From Leptogorgia sarmentosa (Eukaryota): 64,000 nucleotides of DNA. The stretch lies in NCBI GenBank assembly GCA_964658305.1, contig OZ210885.1, forward strand, positions 16,864,001-16,928,000. The letters run 5' to 3'. This document shows, piece after piece, positions 53,201 to 64,000 of the stretch (within the stretch, counting starts at the first letter, position 1; every line of letters starts with the position of its first letter). The notes beneath the pieces are model-generated. The model made no database searches. It had not been told where the DNA came from and saw only the letters and a program-made list of their open reading frames with translations. The position numbers and the translations under genes were made by a program.

Positions 53201-56200
53201 TATTTGTAAATATAATTCCTTTCAATTTCAACTTCAGGGTTTTGTTATTGTTACACATTTAAAAAGTGTAACTTGCATCAACAAATGTCTACGACCGTAC
53301 GAGTAGGAAAATACCGGTTCTCGTCTGATCACCGAAGTTAAGCCTAGGTGGGCAAAGTTAGTACTTGGATGGGTGACTACCTGCGAATACTTTGTGTTGT
53401 AGACTTGCTTCATTTTATTGTATGTGTGTTTGTAAATATAATTCCTTTCAATTTCAACTTCAGGGTTTTGTTATTGTTACACGTTTAAAAAGTGTAACTT
53501 CCATCAACAAATGTCTACGACCATACCAGTAGGAAAATACCGGTTCTCGTCTGATCACCGAAGTAAAGCCTAGGTGGGCAAAGTTAGTACTTGGATGAGT
53601 GACCACCTGGGAATACTTTGTGTTGTAGACTTGCTTCATTTTATTGTATGTGTGTTTGTAAATAGGTTTGCTTTCAATTTCAACTTCAGGGATTTTGTTA
53701 TTGCTACATCTGGAAATACTTTGTATTGTTGTTTTGCTAAATGTTATTTAATGCCTATTTGTAAATATAATTCCTTTCAATTTCAACTTCAGGGTTTTGT
53801 TATTGTTACACGTTTAAAAAGTGTTACTTCCATCAACAAATGTCTACGACCATACCTGTAGGAAAATACCGGTTCTCGTCTGATGACCGAAGTTAAGCCT
53901 AGGTGGGCAAAGTTAGTACTTGGATGGGTGACTACCTGGGAATACTTTGTGTTGTAGACTTGCTTCATTTTATTGTATGTGTGTTTGTAAATATAATTCC
54001 TTTCAATTTCAACTTCAGGGTTTTGTTATTGTTACACGTTTAAAAAGTGTTACTTCCATCGGCAAATGTCTACGACCATACCAGTAGGAAAATACCGGTT
54101 CTCGTCTGATCACCGAAGTTAAGCCTAGGTGGGCAAGTTAGTACTTGGATGGGTGACCACCTGGGAATACTTTGTGTTGTAGACTTGCTTCATTTTATTG
54201 TATGTGTGTTTGTAAATAGGTTTGCTTTCAATTTCAATTTCAGGGTTTTGTTATTGTTACACGTTTAAAAAGTGTTACTTCCATCAAGAAATGTCTACGA
54301 CGATACCAGTAGGAAAATACCGGTTCTCGTCTGATCACCGAAGTTAAGCCTAGGTGGGCAAAGTTAGTACTTCGATGGGTGACTACCTGGGAATACTTTG
54401 TGTTGTAGACTTGCTTCATTTTATTGTATGTGTGTTTGTAAATATAATTCCTTTCAATTTCAACTTCGGGGTTTTGTTATCGTTACACGTTTAAAAAGTG
54501 TAACTTCCATCAACAAATGTCTACGACCATACCAGTAGGAAAATACCGGTTCTCGTCTGATCACCGAAGTTAAGCCTAGATGGGCAAAGTTAGTACTTGG
54601 ATGGGTGACTACCTGGGAATACTTTGTGTTGTAGACTTGCTTCATTTTATTGTATGTGTGTTTGTAAATAGGTTTGCTTTCAATTTCAACTTCAGGGTTT
54701 TGTTATTGTTACACGTTTAAAAAGTGTAACTTCCATCAACAAATGTCTACGACCATACCAGTAGGAATATACCGGTTCTCGTCTGATCACCGAAGTTAAG
54801 CCTAGGTGGGCAAAGTTAGTACTTGGATGGGTGACCACCTGGGAATACTTTGTGTTGTAGACTTGCTTCATTTTATTGTATGTGTGTTTGTAAATAGGTT
54901 TGCTTGCAATTTCAACTTCAGGGTTTTGTTATTGTTACACGTTTGAAAAGTGTAACTTCCATCAACTAATGTCTACGACCATACCAGTAGGAAAATACCG
55001 GTTCTCGTCTGATCACCGAAGTTAAGCCTAGGTGGGCAAAGTTAGTACTTGGATGGGTGACTACATGGGAATACTTTGTGTTGTAGACTTGCTTCATTTT
55101 ATTGTATGTGTGTTTGTAAATAGGTTTGCTTTCAATTTCAACTTCAGGGTTTTGTTATTGTTACACGTTTAAAAAGTGTAACTTCCATCAACAAATGTCT
55201 ACGACCATACCAGTAGGAAAATACCGGTTCTCGTTTGATCACTGAAGTTAAGCCTACGTGGGCAAAGTTAGTACTTGGATGGGTGACTACCTGGGAATAC
55301 TTTGTGTTGTAGACTTGCTTCATTTTATTGTATGTGTGTTTGTAAATATAATTCCTTTCAATTTCAACTTCAGGGTTTTGTTATTGTTACACGTTTAAAA
55401 AGTGTAACTTCCATCAACAAATGTCTACGACCATACCAGTAGGAAAATACCGGTTCTCGTTTGATCACTGAAGTTAAGCCTACGTGGGCAAAGTTAGTAC
55501 TTGGATGGATGACTACCTGGGAATACTTTGTGTTGTAGACTTGCTTCATTTTATTGTATGTGTGTTTGTAAATATAATTCCTTTCAATTTCAACTTCAGG
55601 GTTTTGTTATTGTTACACGTTGAAAAAGTGTAACTTCCATCAACAAATGTCTACGACCATACCAGTAGGAAAATACCGGTTCTCGTTTGATCACTGAAGT
55701 TAAGCCTACGTGGGCAAAGTTAGTACTTGGATGGGTGACTACCTGGGAATACTTTGTGTTGTAGACTTGCTTCATTTTATTGTATGTGTGTTTGTAAATA
55801 GGTTTGCTTTCAATTGCAACTTCAGGGTTTTGTTATTGTTACACGTTGAAAAAGTGTAACTTCCATCAACAAATGTCTACGACCATACCAGTAGGAAAAT
55901 ACCGGTTCTCGTCTGATCACCAAAGTTAAGCCTAGGTGGGCAAAGTTAGTAGTTGGATGGGTGACCACCTGGGAATATTTTGTGTTGTAGACTTGCTTCA
56001 TTTTATTGTATGTCTGTTTGTAAATAGGTTTGCTTTCAATTTCAACTTCAGGGTTTTGTTATTGTTACACGTTTAAAAAGTGTAACTTCCATCAACAAAT
56101 GTCTACGACCATACCAGTGGGAAAATACCGGTTCTCGTCTGATCACCGAAGTTAAGCCTATGTGGGCAAAGTTAGTAGTTGGATGGGTGACCACCTGGGA

Positions 56201-58584
56201 ATACTTTGTGTTGTAGACTTGCTTCATTTTATTGTATGTGTGTTTATAAATAGGTTTGCTTGGAATTTCAACTTCAGGGTTTTGTTATTGTTACACGTTT
56301 AAAAAGTGTAACTTCCATCAACAAATATCTACGACCATACCAGTAGGAAAATACCGGTTCTCGTCTGATCACCGAAGTTAAGCCTAGGTGGGCAAAGTTA
56401 GTAGTTGGATGGGTGACCACCTGGGAATACTTTGTGTTGTAGACTTGCTTCTTTTTATTGTATGTGTGCTTGTAAATAGGTTTGCTTTCAATTTCAACTT
56501 CAGGGTTTTGTTATTGTTACACGTTTAAAAAGTGTTACTTCCATCAACAAATGTCTACGACCATACCTGTAGGAAAATACCGGTTCTCGTCTGATGACCG
56601 AAGTTAAGCCTAGGTGGGCAAAGTTAGTACTTGGATGGGTGACTACCTGGGAATACTTTGTGTTGTAGACTTGCTTCATTTTATTGTATGTGTGTTTGTA
56701 AATATAATTCCTTTCAATTTCAACTTCAGGGTTTTGTTATTGTTACACGTTTAAAAAGTGTTACTTCCATCGGCAAATGTCTACGACCATACCAGTAGGA
56801 AAATACCGGTTCTCGTCTGATCACCGAAGTTAAGCCTAGGTGGGCAAGTTAGTACTTGGATGGGTGACCACCTGGGAATACTTTGTGTTGTAGACTTGCT
56901 TCATTTTATTGTATGTGTGTTTGTAAATAGGTTTGCTTTCAATTTCATCTTCAGGGTTTTGTTATTGTTACACGTTTAAAAAGTGTTACTTCCATCAACA
57001 AATGTCTACGACCATACCAGTAGGAAAATACCGGTTCTCGTCTGATCACCGAAGTTAAGCCTAGGTGGGCAAAGTTAGTACTTGGATGGGTTACTACCTG
57101 GGAATACTTTGTGTTGTAGACTTGCTTCATTTTATTGTATGTGTGTTTGTAAATATAATTCCTTTCAATTTCAACTTCAGGGTTTTGTTATTGTTACACG
57201 TTTAAAAAGTGTAACTTCCATCAACAATTGTCTACGACCATACCAGTAGGAAAATACCGGTTCTCGTCTGATCACAGAAGTTAAGCCTAGGTGGGCAAAG
57301 TTAGTACTTGGATGGGTGACTACCTGGGAATACTTTGTGTTGTAGACTTGCTTCATTTTATTGTAGGTGTGTTTGTAAATAGGTTTGCTTTCAATTTCAA
57401 CTTCAGGGTTTTGTTATTGTTACACGTTTAAAAAGTGTAACTTCCATCAACAAATGTCTACGACCATACCAGTAGCAAAATACCGGTTCTCGTCTGATCA
57501 CCGAAGTGAAGCCTAGATGGGCAAAGTTAGTACTTGGATGGGTGACCACCTGGGAATACTTTGTGTTGTAGACTTGCTTCATTTTATTGTATGTGTGTTT
57601 GTAAATAGGTTTGCTTTCAATTTCAACTTCAGGGTTTTGTTATTGTTACACGTTTAAAAAGTGTTACTTCCATCCAGAAATATCTATGACCATACCAGTA
57701 GGAAAATACCGGTTCTCGTCTGATCACCGAAGTTAAGCCTAGGTGGGCAAGGTTAGTAGTTGGATGGGTGACCACCTGGGAATATTTTGTGTTGTACACT
57801 TGCTTCATTTTATTGTATGTGTGTTTCTAAATAGGTTTGCTTTCAATTTCAACTTCAGGGTTTTCTTATTGTTACACGTTTAAAAAGTGTAACTTCCATC
57901 AACAAATGTCTACGACCATACCAGTAGCAAAATACCGGTTCTCGTCTGATCACCGAAGTTAACCCTAGGTGGGCAAAGTTAGTAGTTGGATGGGTGACCA
58001 CCTGGGAATACTTTGTGTTGTAGACTTGCTTCATTTTATTGTATGTGTGTTTGTAAATAGGTTTGCTTGGAATTTCAACTTCAGGGTTTTGTTATTGTTA
58101 CACGTTTAAAAAGTGTAACTTCCATCAACAGATGTCTACGACCATACCTGTAGGAAAATACCGGTTCTCCTCTGATCACCGAAGTTAAGCCTAGGTGGGA
58201 AAAGTTAGTAGTTGTATGGGTGACCACCTGGGAATATTTTGTGTTGTACACTTGCTTCATTTTATTGTATGTGTGTTTCTAAATAGGTTTGCTTTCAATT
58301 TCAACTTCAGGGTTTTGTTATTGTTACACGTTTAAAAAGTGTTACTTCCATCGGCAAATGTCTACGACCATACCAGTAGGAAAATACCGGTTCTCGTCTG
58401 ATCACCGAAGTTAAGCCTAGGTGGGCAAGTTAGTACTTGGATGGGTGACCACCTGGGAATACTTTGTGTTGTAGACTTGCTTCATTTTATTGTATGTGTG
58501 TTTGTAGATAGGTTTGCTTTCAATTTCAACTTCAGGGATTTGTTATTGTTACACGTTTAAAAAGTGTTACTTCCATGAACAAAT

Positions 58585-58704
58585 GTCTACGACCATACCA
58601 GTAGGAAAATACCGGTTCTCGTCTGATCACCGAAGTTAAGCCTAGGTGGGGAAAGTTAGTACTTGGATGGGTGACCACCTGGGAATACTTTTTTTTGTAG
58701 ACTT
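58585..58704 (+). pseudogene. 5S copy with internal T8 run (premature Pol III terminator, helices I and V disrupted)
   Basis: GAATACTTTTTTTTGTAGAC replaces GAATACTTTGTGTTGTAGAC. Confidence 0.75.
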
Positions 58705-61700
58705 GCTTCATTTTATTGTATGTGTGTTTGCAAATAGGTTTGCTTTCAATGTAAACTTCAGGGATTTTGTTATTGCTACATCTGGAAATACTTTGTATTG
58801 TTGTTTTGCTAAATGTTATTTAATGCCTATTTGTAAATATACTTCCTTTCAATTTCAACTTCGGGGTTTTGTTATTGTTACACGATTAAAAAGTGTAACT
58901 TCCATCAACAAATGTGTACGACCGTACGAGTAGGAAAATACCGGTTCTCGTCTGATCACCGAAGTTAAGCCTAGGTGGGCAAAGTTAGTAGTTGGATGGG
59001 TGACCACCTGGGAATACTTTGTGTTGTAGACTTGCTTCATTTTATTGTATGTGTGTTTGTAAATAGGTTTGCTTTCAATTTCAACTTCAGGGTTTTGTTA
59101 TTGTTACACGTTTTAAAAGTGTAACTTCCATCAGCAAATGTCTACGACCATACCAGTAGGAAAATACCGGTTCTCGTCTGATCACCGAAGTTAAGCCTAG
59201 GTGGGCAAAGTTAGTACTTGGATGGGTGACCACCTGGGAATACTTTGTGTTGTAGACTTGCTTCATTTTATTGTATGTTTGTTTGTAAATAGGTTTGCTT
59301 TCAATTTCATCTTCAGGGTTTTGTTATTGTTACACGTTTAAAAAGTGTTACTTCCATCAACAAATGTCTACGACCATACCAGTAGGAAAATACCGGTTCT
59401 CGTCTGATCACCGAAGTTAAGCCTAGGTGGGCAAAGTTAGTACTTGGATGGGTGACTACCTGGGAATACTTTGTGTTGTAGACTTGCTTCATTTTATTGT
59501 ATGTGTGTTTGTAAATATAATTCCTTTCAATTTCAACTTCAGGGTTTTGTTATTGTTACACGTTTAAAAAGTGTAACTTCCATCAACAATTGTCTACGAC
59601 CATACCAGTAGGAAAATACCAGTTCTCGTCTGATCACAGAAGTTAAGCCTAGGTGGGCAAAGTTAGTACTTGGATGGGTGACTACCTGGGAATACTTTGT
59701 GTTGTAGACTTGCTTCATTTTATTGTAGGTGTGTTTGTAAATAGGTTTGCTTTCAATTTCAACTTCAGGGTTTTGTTATTGTTACACGTTTAAAAAGTGT
59801 AACTTCCATCAACAAATGTCTACGACCATACCAGTAGCAAAATACCGGTTCTCGTCTGATCACCGAAGTGAAGCCTAGATGGGCAAAGTTAGTACTTGGA
59901 TGGGTGACCACCTGGGAATACTTTGTGTTGTAGACTTGCTTCATTTTATTGTATGTGTGTTTGCAAATAGGTTTGCTTTCAATGTAAACTTCAGGGATTT
60001 TGTTATTGCTACATCTGGAAATACTTTGTATTGTTGTTTTGCTAAATGTTATTTAATGCCTATTTGTAAATATACTTCCTTTCAATTTCAACTTCGGGGT
60101 TTTGTTATTGTTACACGATTAAAAAGTGTAACTTCCATCAACAAATGTGTACGACCGTACGAGTAGGAAAATACCGGTTCTCGTCTGATCACCGAAGTTA
60201 AGCCTAGGTGGGCACAGTTAGTAGTTGGATGGGTGACCACCTGGGAATACTTTGTGTTGTAGACTTGCTTCATTTTATTGTATGTGTGTTTGTAAATAGG
60301 TTTGCTTTCAATTTCAACTTCAGGGTTTTGTTATTGTTACACGTTTTAAAAGTGTAACTTCCATCAGCAAATGTCTACGACCATACCAGTAGGAAAATAC
60401 CGGTTCTCGTCTGATCACCGAAGTTAAGCCTAGGTGGGCAAAGTTAGTACTTCGATGGGTGACCACCTGGGAATACTTTGTGTTGTAGACTTGCTTCATT
60501 TTATTGTATATTTGTTTGTAAATAGGTTTGCTTTCAATTTCATCTTCAGGGTTTTGTTATTGTTACACGTTTAAAAAGTGTTACTTCCATCAACAAATGT
60601 CTACGACCATACCAGTAGGAAAATACCGGTTCTCGTCTGATCACCGAAGTTAAGCCTAGGTGGGCAAAGTTAGTACTTGGATGGGTGACTACCTGGGAAT
60701 ACTTTGTGTTGTAGACTTGCTTCATTTTATTGTATGTGTGTTTGTAAATATAATTCCTTTCAATTTCAACTTCAGGGTTTTGTTATTGTTACACGTTTAA
60801 AAAGTGTAACTTCCATCAACAATTGTCTACGACCATACCAGTAGGAAAATACCAGTTCTCGTCTGATCACAGAAGTTAAGCCTAGGTGGGCAAAGTTAGT
60901 ACTTGGATGGGTGACTACCTGGGAATACTTTGTGTTGTAGACTTGCTTCATTTTATTGTAGGTGTGTTTGTAAATAGGTTTGCTTTCAATTTCAACTTCA
61001 GGGTTTTGTTATTGTTACACGTTTAAAAAGTGTAACTTCCATCAACAAATGTCTACGACCATACCAGTAGCAAAATACCGGTTCTCGTCTGATCACCGAA
61101 GTGAAGCCTAGATGGGCAAAGTTAGTACTTGGATGGGTGACCACCTGGGAATACTTTGTGTTGTAGACTTGCTTCATTTTATTGTATGTGTGTTTGTAAA
61201 TAGGTTTGCTTTCAATTTCAACTTCAGGGTTTTGTTATTGTTACACGTTTAAAAAGTGTTACTTCCATCAAGAAATATCTATGACCATACCTGTAGGAAA
61301 ATACCGGTTCTCGTCTGATCACCGAAGTTAAGCCTAGGTGGGCAAGGTTAGTAGTTGGATGGGTGACCACCTGGGAATATGTTGTGTTGTACACTTGCTT
61401 CATTTTATTGTATGTGTGTTTCTAAATAGGTTTGCTTTCAATTTCAACTTCAGGGTTTTCTTATTGTTACACGTTTAAAAAGTGTAACTTCCATCAACAA
61501 ATGTCTACGACCATACCAGTAGCAAAATACCGGTTCTCGTCTGATCACCGAAGTTAACCCTAGGTGGGCAAAGTTAGTAGTTGGATGGGTGACCACCTGG
61601 GAATACTTTGTGTTGTAGACTTGCTTCATTTTATTGTATGTGTGTTTGTAAATAGGTTTGCTTGGAATTTCAACTTCAGGGTTTTGTTATTGTTACACGT

Positions 61701-62629
61701 TTAAAAAGTGTAACTTCCATCAACAGATGTCTACGACCATACCTGTAGGAAAATACCGGTTCTCCTCTGATCACCGAAGTTAAGCCTAGGTGGGAAAAGT
61801 TAGTAGTTGTATGGGTGACCACCTGGGAATATTTTGTGTTGTAGACTTGCTTCATTTTATTGTATGTGTGTTTGTAAATAGGTTTGCTTTCAATTTCAAC
61901 TTGAGGGTTTTCTTATTGTTACATGTTTAAAAAGTGTAACTTCCATCAACAAATGTCTACGACCATACCAGCAGGAAAATACCGGTTCTCGTCTGATCAC
62001 CGAAGTTAAGCCTAGGTGGGCAAGTTAGTACTTGGATGGGTGACCACCTGGGAATACTTTGTGTTGTAGACTTGCTTCATTTTATTGTATGTGTGTTTGT
62101 AAATAGGTTTGCTTTCAATTTCAACTTCAGGGTTTTGTTATTGTTACACGTTTAAAAAGTGTAACTTCCATCAACAAATGTCTACGACCATACCAGTAGG
62201 AAATACCGGTTCTCGTCTGATCACCGAAGTTAAGCCTAGGTGGGCAAAGTTAGTACTTGTATGGGTGACCACCTGGGAATACTTTGTGTTGTAGACTTGC
62301 TTCATTTTATTGTATCTGTGTTTGTAAATAGGTTTGCTTTCAATTTCAACTTGAGGGTTTTGTTATTGTTACATGTTTAAAAAGTGTAACTTCCATCAAC
62401 AAATGTCTACGACCATACCAGCAGGAAAATACCGGTTCTCCTCTGATCACCGAAGTTAAGCCTAGGTGGGCAAGTTAGTACTTGGATGGGTGACCACCTG
62501 GGAATACTTTGTGTTGTAGACTTGCTTCATTTTATTGTATGTGTGTTTGTAAATAGGTTTGCTTTCAATTTCAACTTCAGGGTTTTGTTATTGTTACACG
62601 TTTAAAAAGTGTAATTCCCATCAACAAAT

Positions 62630-62749
62630 GTCTACGACCATACCAGTAGGAAAATACCGGTTATCGTCTGATCACCGAAGTTAAGCCTAGGTGGGCATAG
62701 TTAGTACTTGGATGGGTGACCACCTGGGAATACTTTTTTTTGTAGACTT
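62630..62749 (+). pseudogene. 5S copy with internal T8 run and further substitutions
   Basis: GAATACTTTTTTTTGTAGAC, plus the variants GGTTATCG and GGCATAG. Confidence 0.75.
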
Positions 62750-63862
62750 GCTTCATTTTATTGTATGTGTGTTTGTAAATAGGTTTGCTTTCAATGTAAA
62801 CTTCAGGGATTTTGTTATTGCTACATCTGGAAATACTTTGTATTGTTGTTTTGCTAAATGTTATTTAATGCCTATTTGTAAATATAATTCCTTTCAATTT
62901 CAACTTCAGGGTTTTGTTATTGTTACACGTTTAAAAAGTGTAACTTCCATCAACAAATGTCTACGACCATACCAGTAGGAAAATACCGGTTCTCGTTTGA
63001 TCACTGAAGTTAAGCCTACGTGGGCAAAGTTAGTACTTGGATGGATGACTACCTGGGAATACTTTGTGTTGTAGACTTGCTTCATTTTATTGTATGTGTG
63101 TTTGTAAATATAATTCCTTTCAATTTCAACTTCAGGGTTTTGTTATTGTTACACGTTGAAAAAGTGTAACTTCCATCAACAAATGTCTACGACCATACCA
63201 GTAGGAAAATACCGGTTCTCGTTTGATCACTGAAGTTAAGCCTACGTGGGCAAAGTTAGTACTTGGATGGGTGACTACCTGGGAATACTTTGTGTTGTAG
63301 ACTTGCTTCATTTTATTGTATGTGTGTTTGTAAATAGGTTTGCTTTCAATTGCAACTTCAGGGTTTTGTTATTGTTACACGTTGAAAAAGTGTAACTTCC
63401 ATCAACAAATGTCTACGACCATACCAGTAGGAAAATACCGGTTCTCGTCTGATCACCAAAGTTAAGCCTAGGTGGGCAAAGTTAGTAGTTGGATGGGTGA
63501 CCACCTGGGAATATTTTGTGTTGTAGACTTGCTTCATTTTATTGTATGTCTGTTTGTAAATAGGTTTGCTTTCAATTTCAACTTCAGGGTTTTGTTATTG
63601 TTACACGTTTAAAAAGTGTAACTTCCATCAACAAATGTCTACGACCATACCAGTGGGAAAATACCGGTTCTCGTCTGATCACCGAAGTTAAGCCTATGTG
63701 GGCAAAGTTAGTAGTTGGATGGGTGACCACCTGGGAATACTTTGTGTTGTAGACTTGCTTCATTTTATTGTATGTGTGTTTATAAATAGGTTTGCTTGGA
63801 ATTTCAACTTCAGGGTTTTGTTATTGTTACACGTTTAAAAAGTGTAACTTCCATCAACAAAT

Positions 63863-63982
63863 ATCTACGACCATACCAGTAGGAAAATACCGGTTCTCGT
63901 CTGATCACCGAAGTTAAGCCTAGGTGGGCAAAGTTAGTAGTTGGATGGGTGACCACCTGGGAATACTTTGTGTTGTAGACTT
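63863..63982 (+). rRNA. 5S rRNA: 5S rRNA, last complete copy in the window (variant: A at +1, G at +78)
   Basis: ATCTACGACC...GTAGACTT, 120 nt. Confidence 0.85.
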
Positions 63983-64000
63983 GCTTCTTTTTATTGTATG

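Larger units (their letters stand above)
1..64000 (+). repeat. 5S rDNA tandem array, head-to-tail units of 226 bp and 329 bp (about 240 copies); extends beyond both window ends
   Basis: The 120-nt sequence GTCTACGACCATACC...GTGTTGTAGACTT recurs every 226 or 329 bp. Spacings of the repeated ORF starts are sums of these units (329, 555, 781, 1007, 1233). Copy number is estimated from about 61 long units and the remaining length divided by 226. Confidence 0.99.

Noticed and set aside
1027..60273. Minus-strand ORFs MKQVYNTKYSQVVTHPSTN...
   Set aside because: They are antisense translations of the 5S rRNA gene.
134..62978. About 60 near-identical 93-95-aa ORFs (MGKVSTWMGDHLG...)
   Set aside because: They start mostly at GTG inside the 5S gene and run through the long spacer into the next 5S copy. 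They are chance open frames of rDNA with no recognisable domain.
1..64000. CRISPR-like repeat/spacer array
   Set aside because: The spacers are near-identical rather than unique, the repeat is a 120-nt 5S gene, and there are no cas genes.

Overview
This window is almost entirely a eukaryotic (invertebrate-type metazoan) 5S rDNA tandem array on the + strand. It holds about 240 copies (estimated from unit lengths) of a 120-nt 5S rRNA gene in two interspersed unit types: 226 bp (about 180 copies) and 329 bp (about 61 copies). The extra 103 bp of the long unit is a decayed duplicate of 5S positions 92-120 plus downstream spacer. Two non-autonomous transposons interrupt the array, both in spacer DNA. 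One is a ~1.29-kb TIR element with a 9-bp (or 11-bp) target-site duplication (3521-4813, MULE-like). The other is a ~1.84-kb element with Helentron/HINE (DINE-1-like) termini (16877-18711). There is a 100-N assembly gap (1113-1212), nested higher-order repeats (~7.6-8.0 kb period in the centre), and many variant or pseudogenised 5S copies. No credible protein-coding gene is present: the repeated 95-aa ORFs are chance readings of the rDNA unit. I found no evidence for a new protein-based system. The most interesting signals are the two insertions, the origin of the unit dimorphism and the structure of this divergent 5S RNA.
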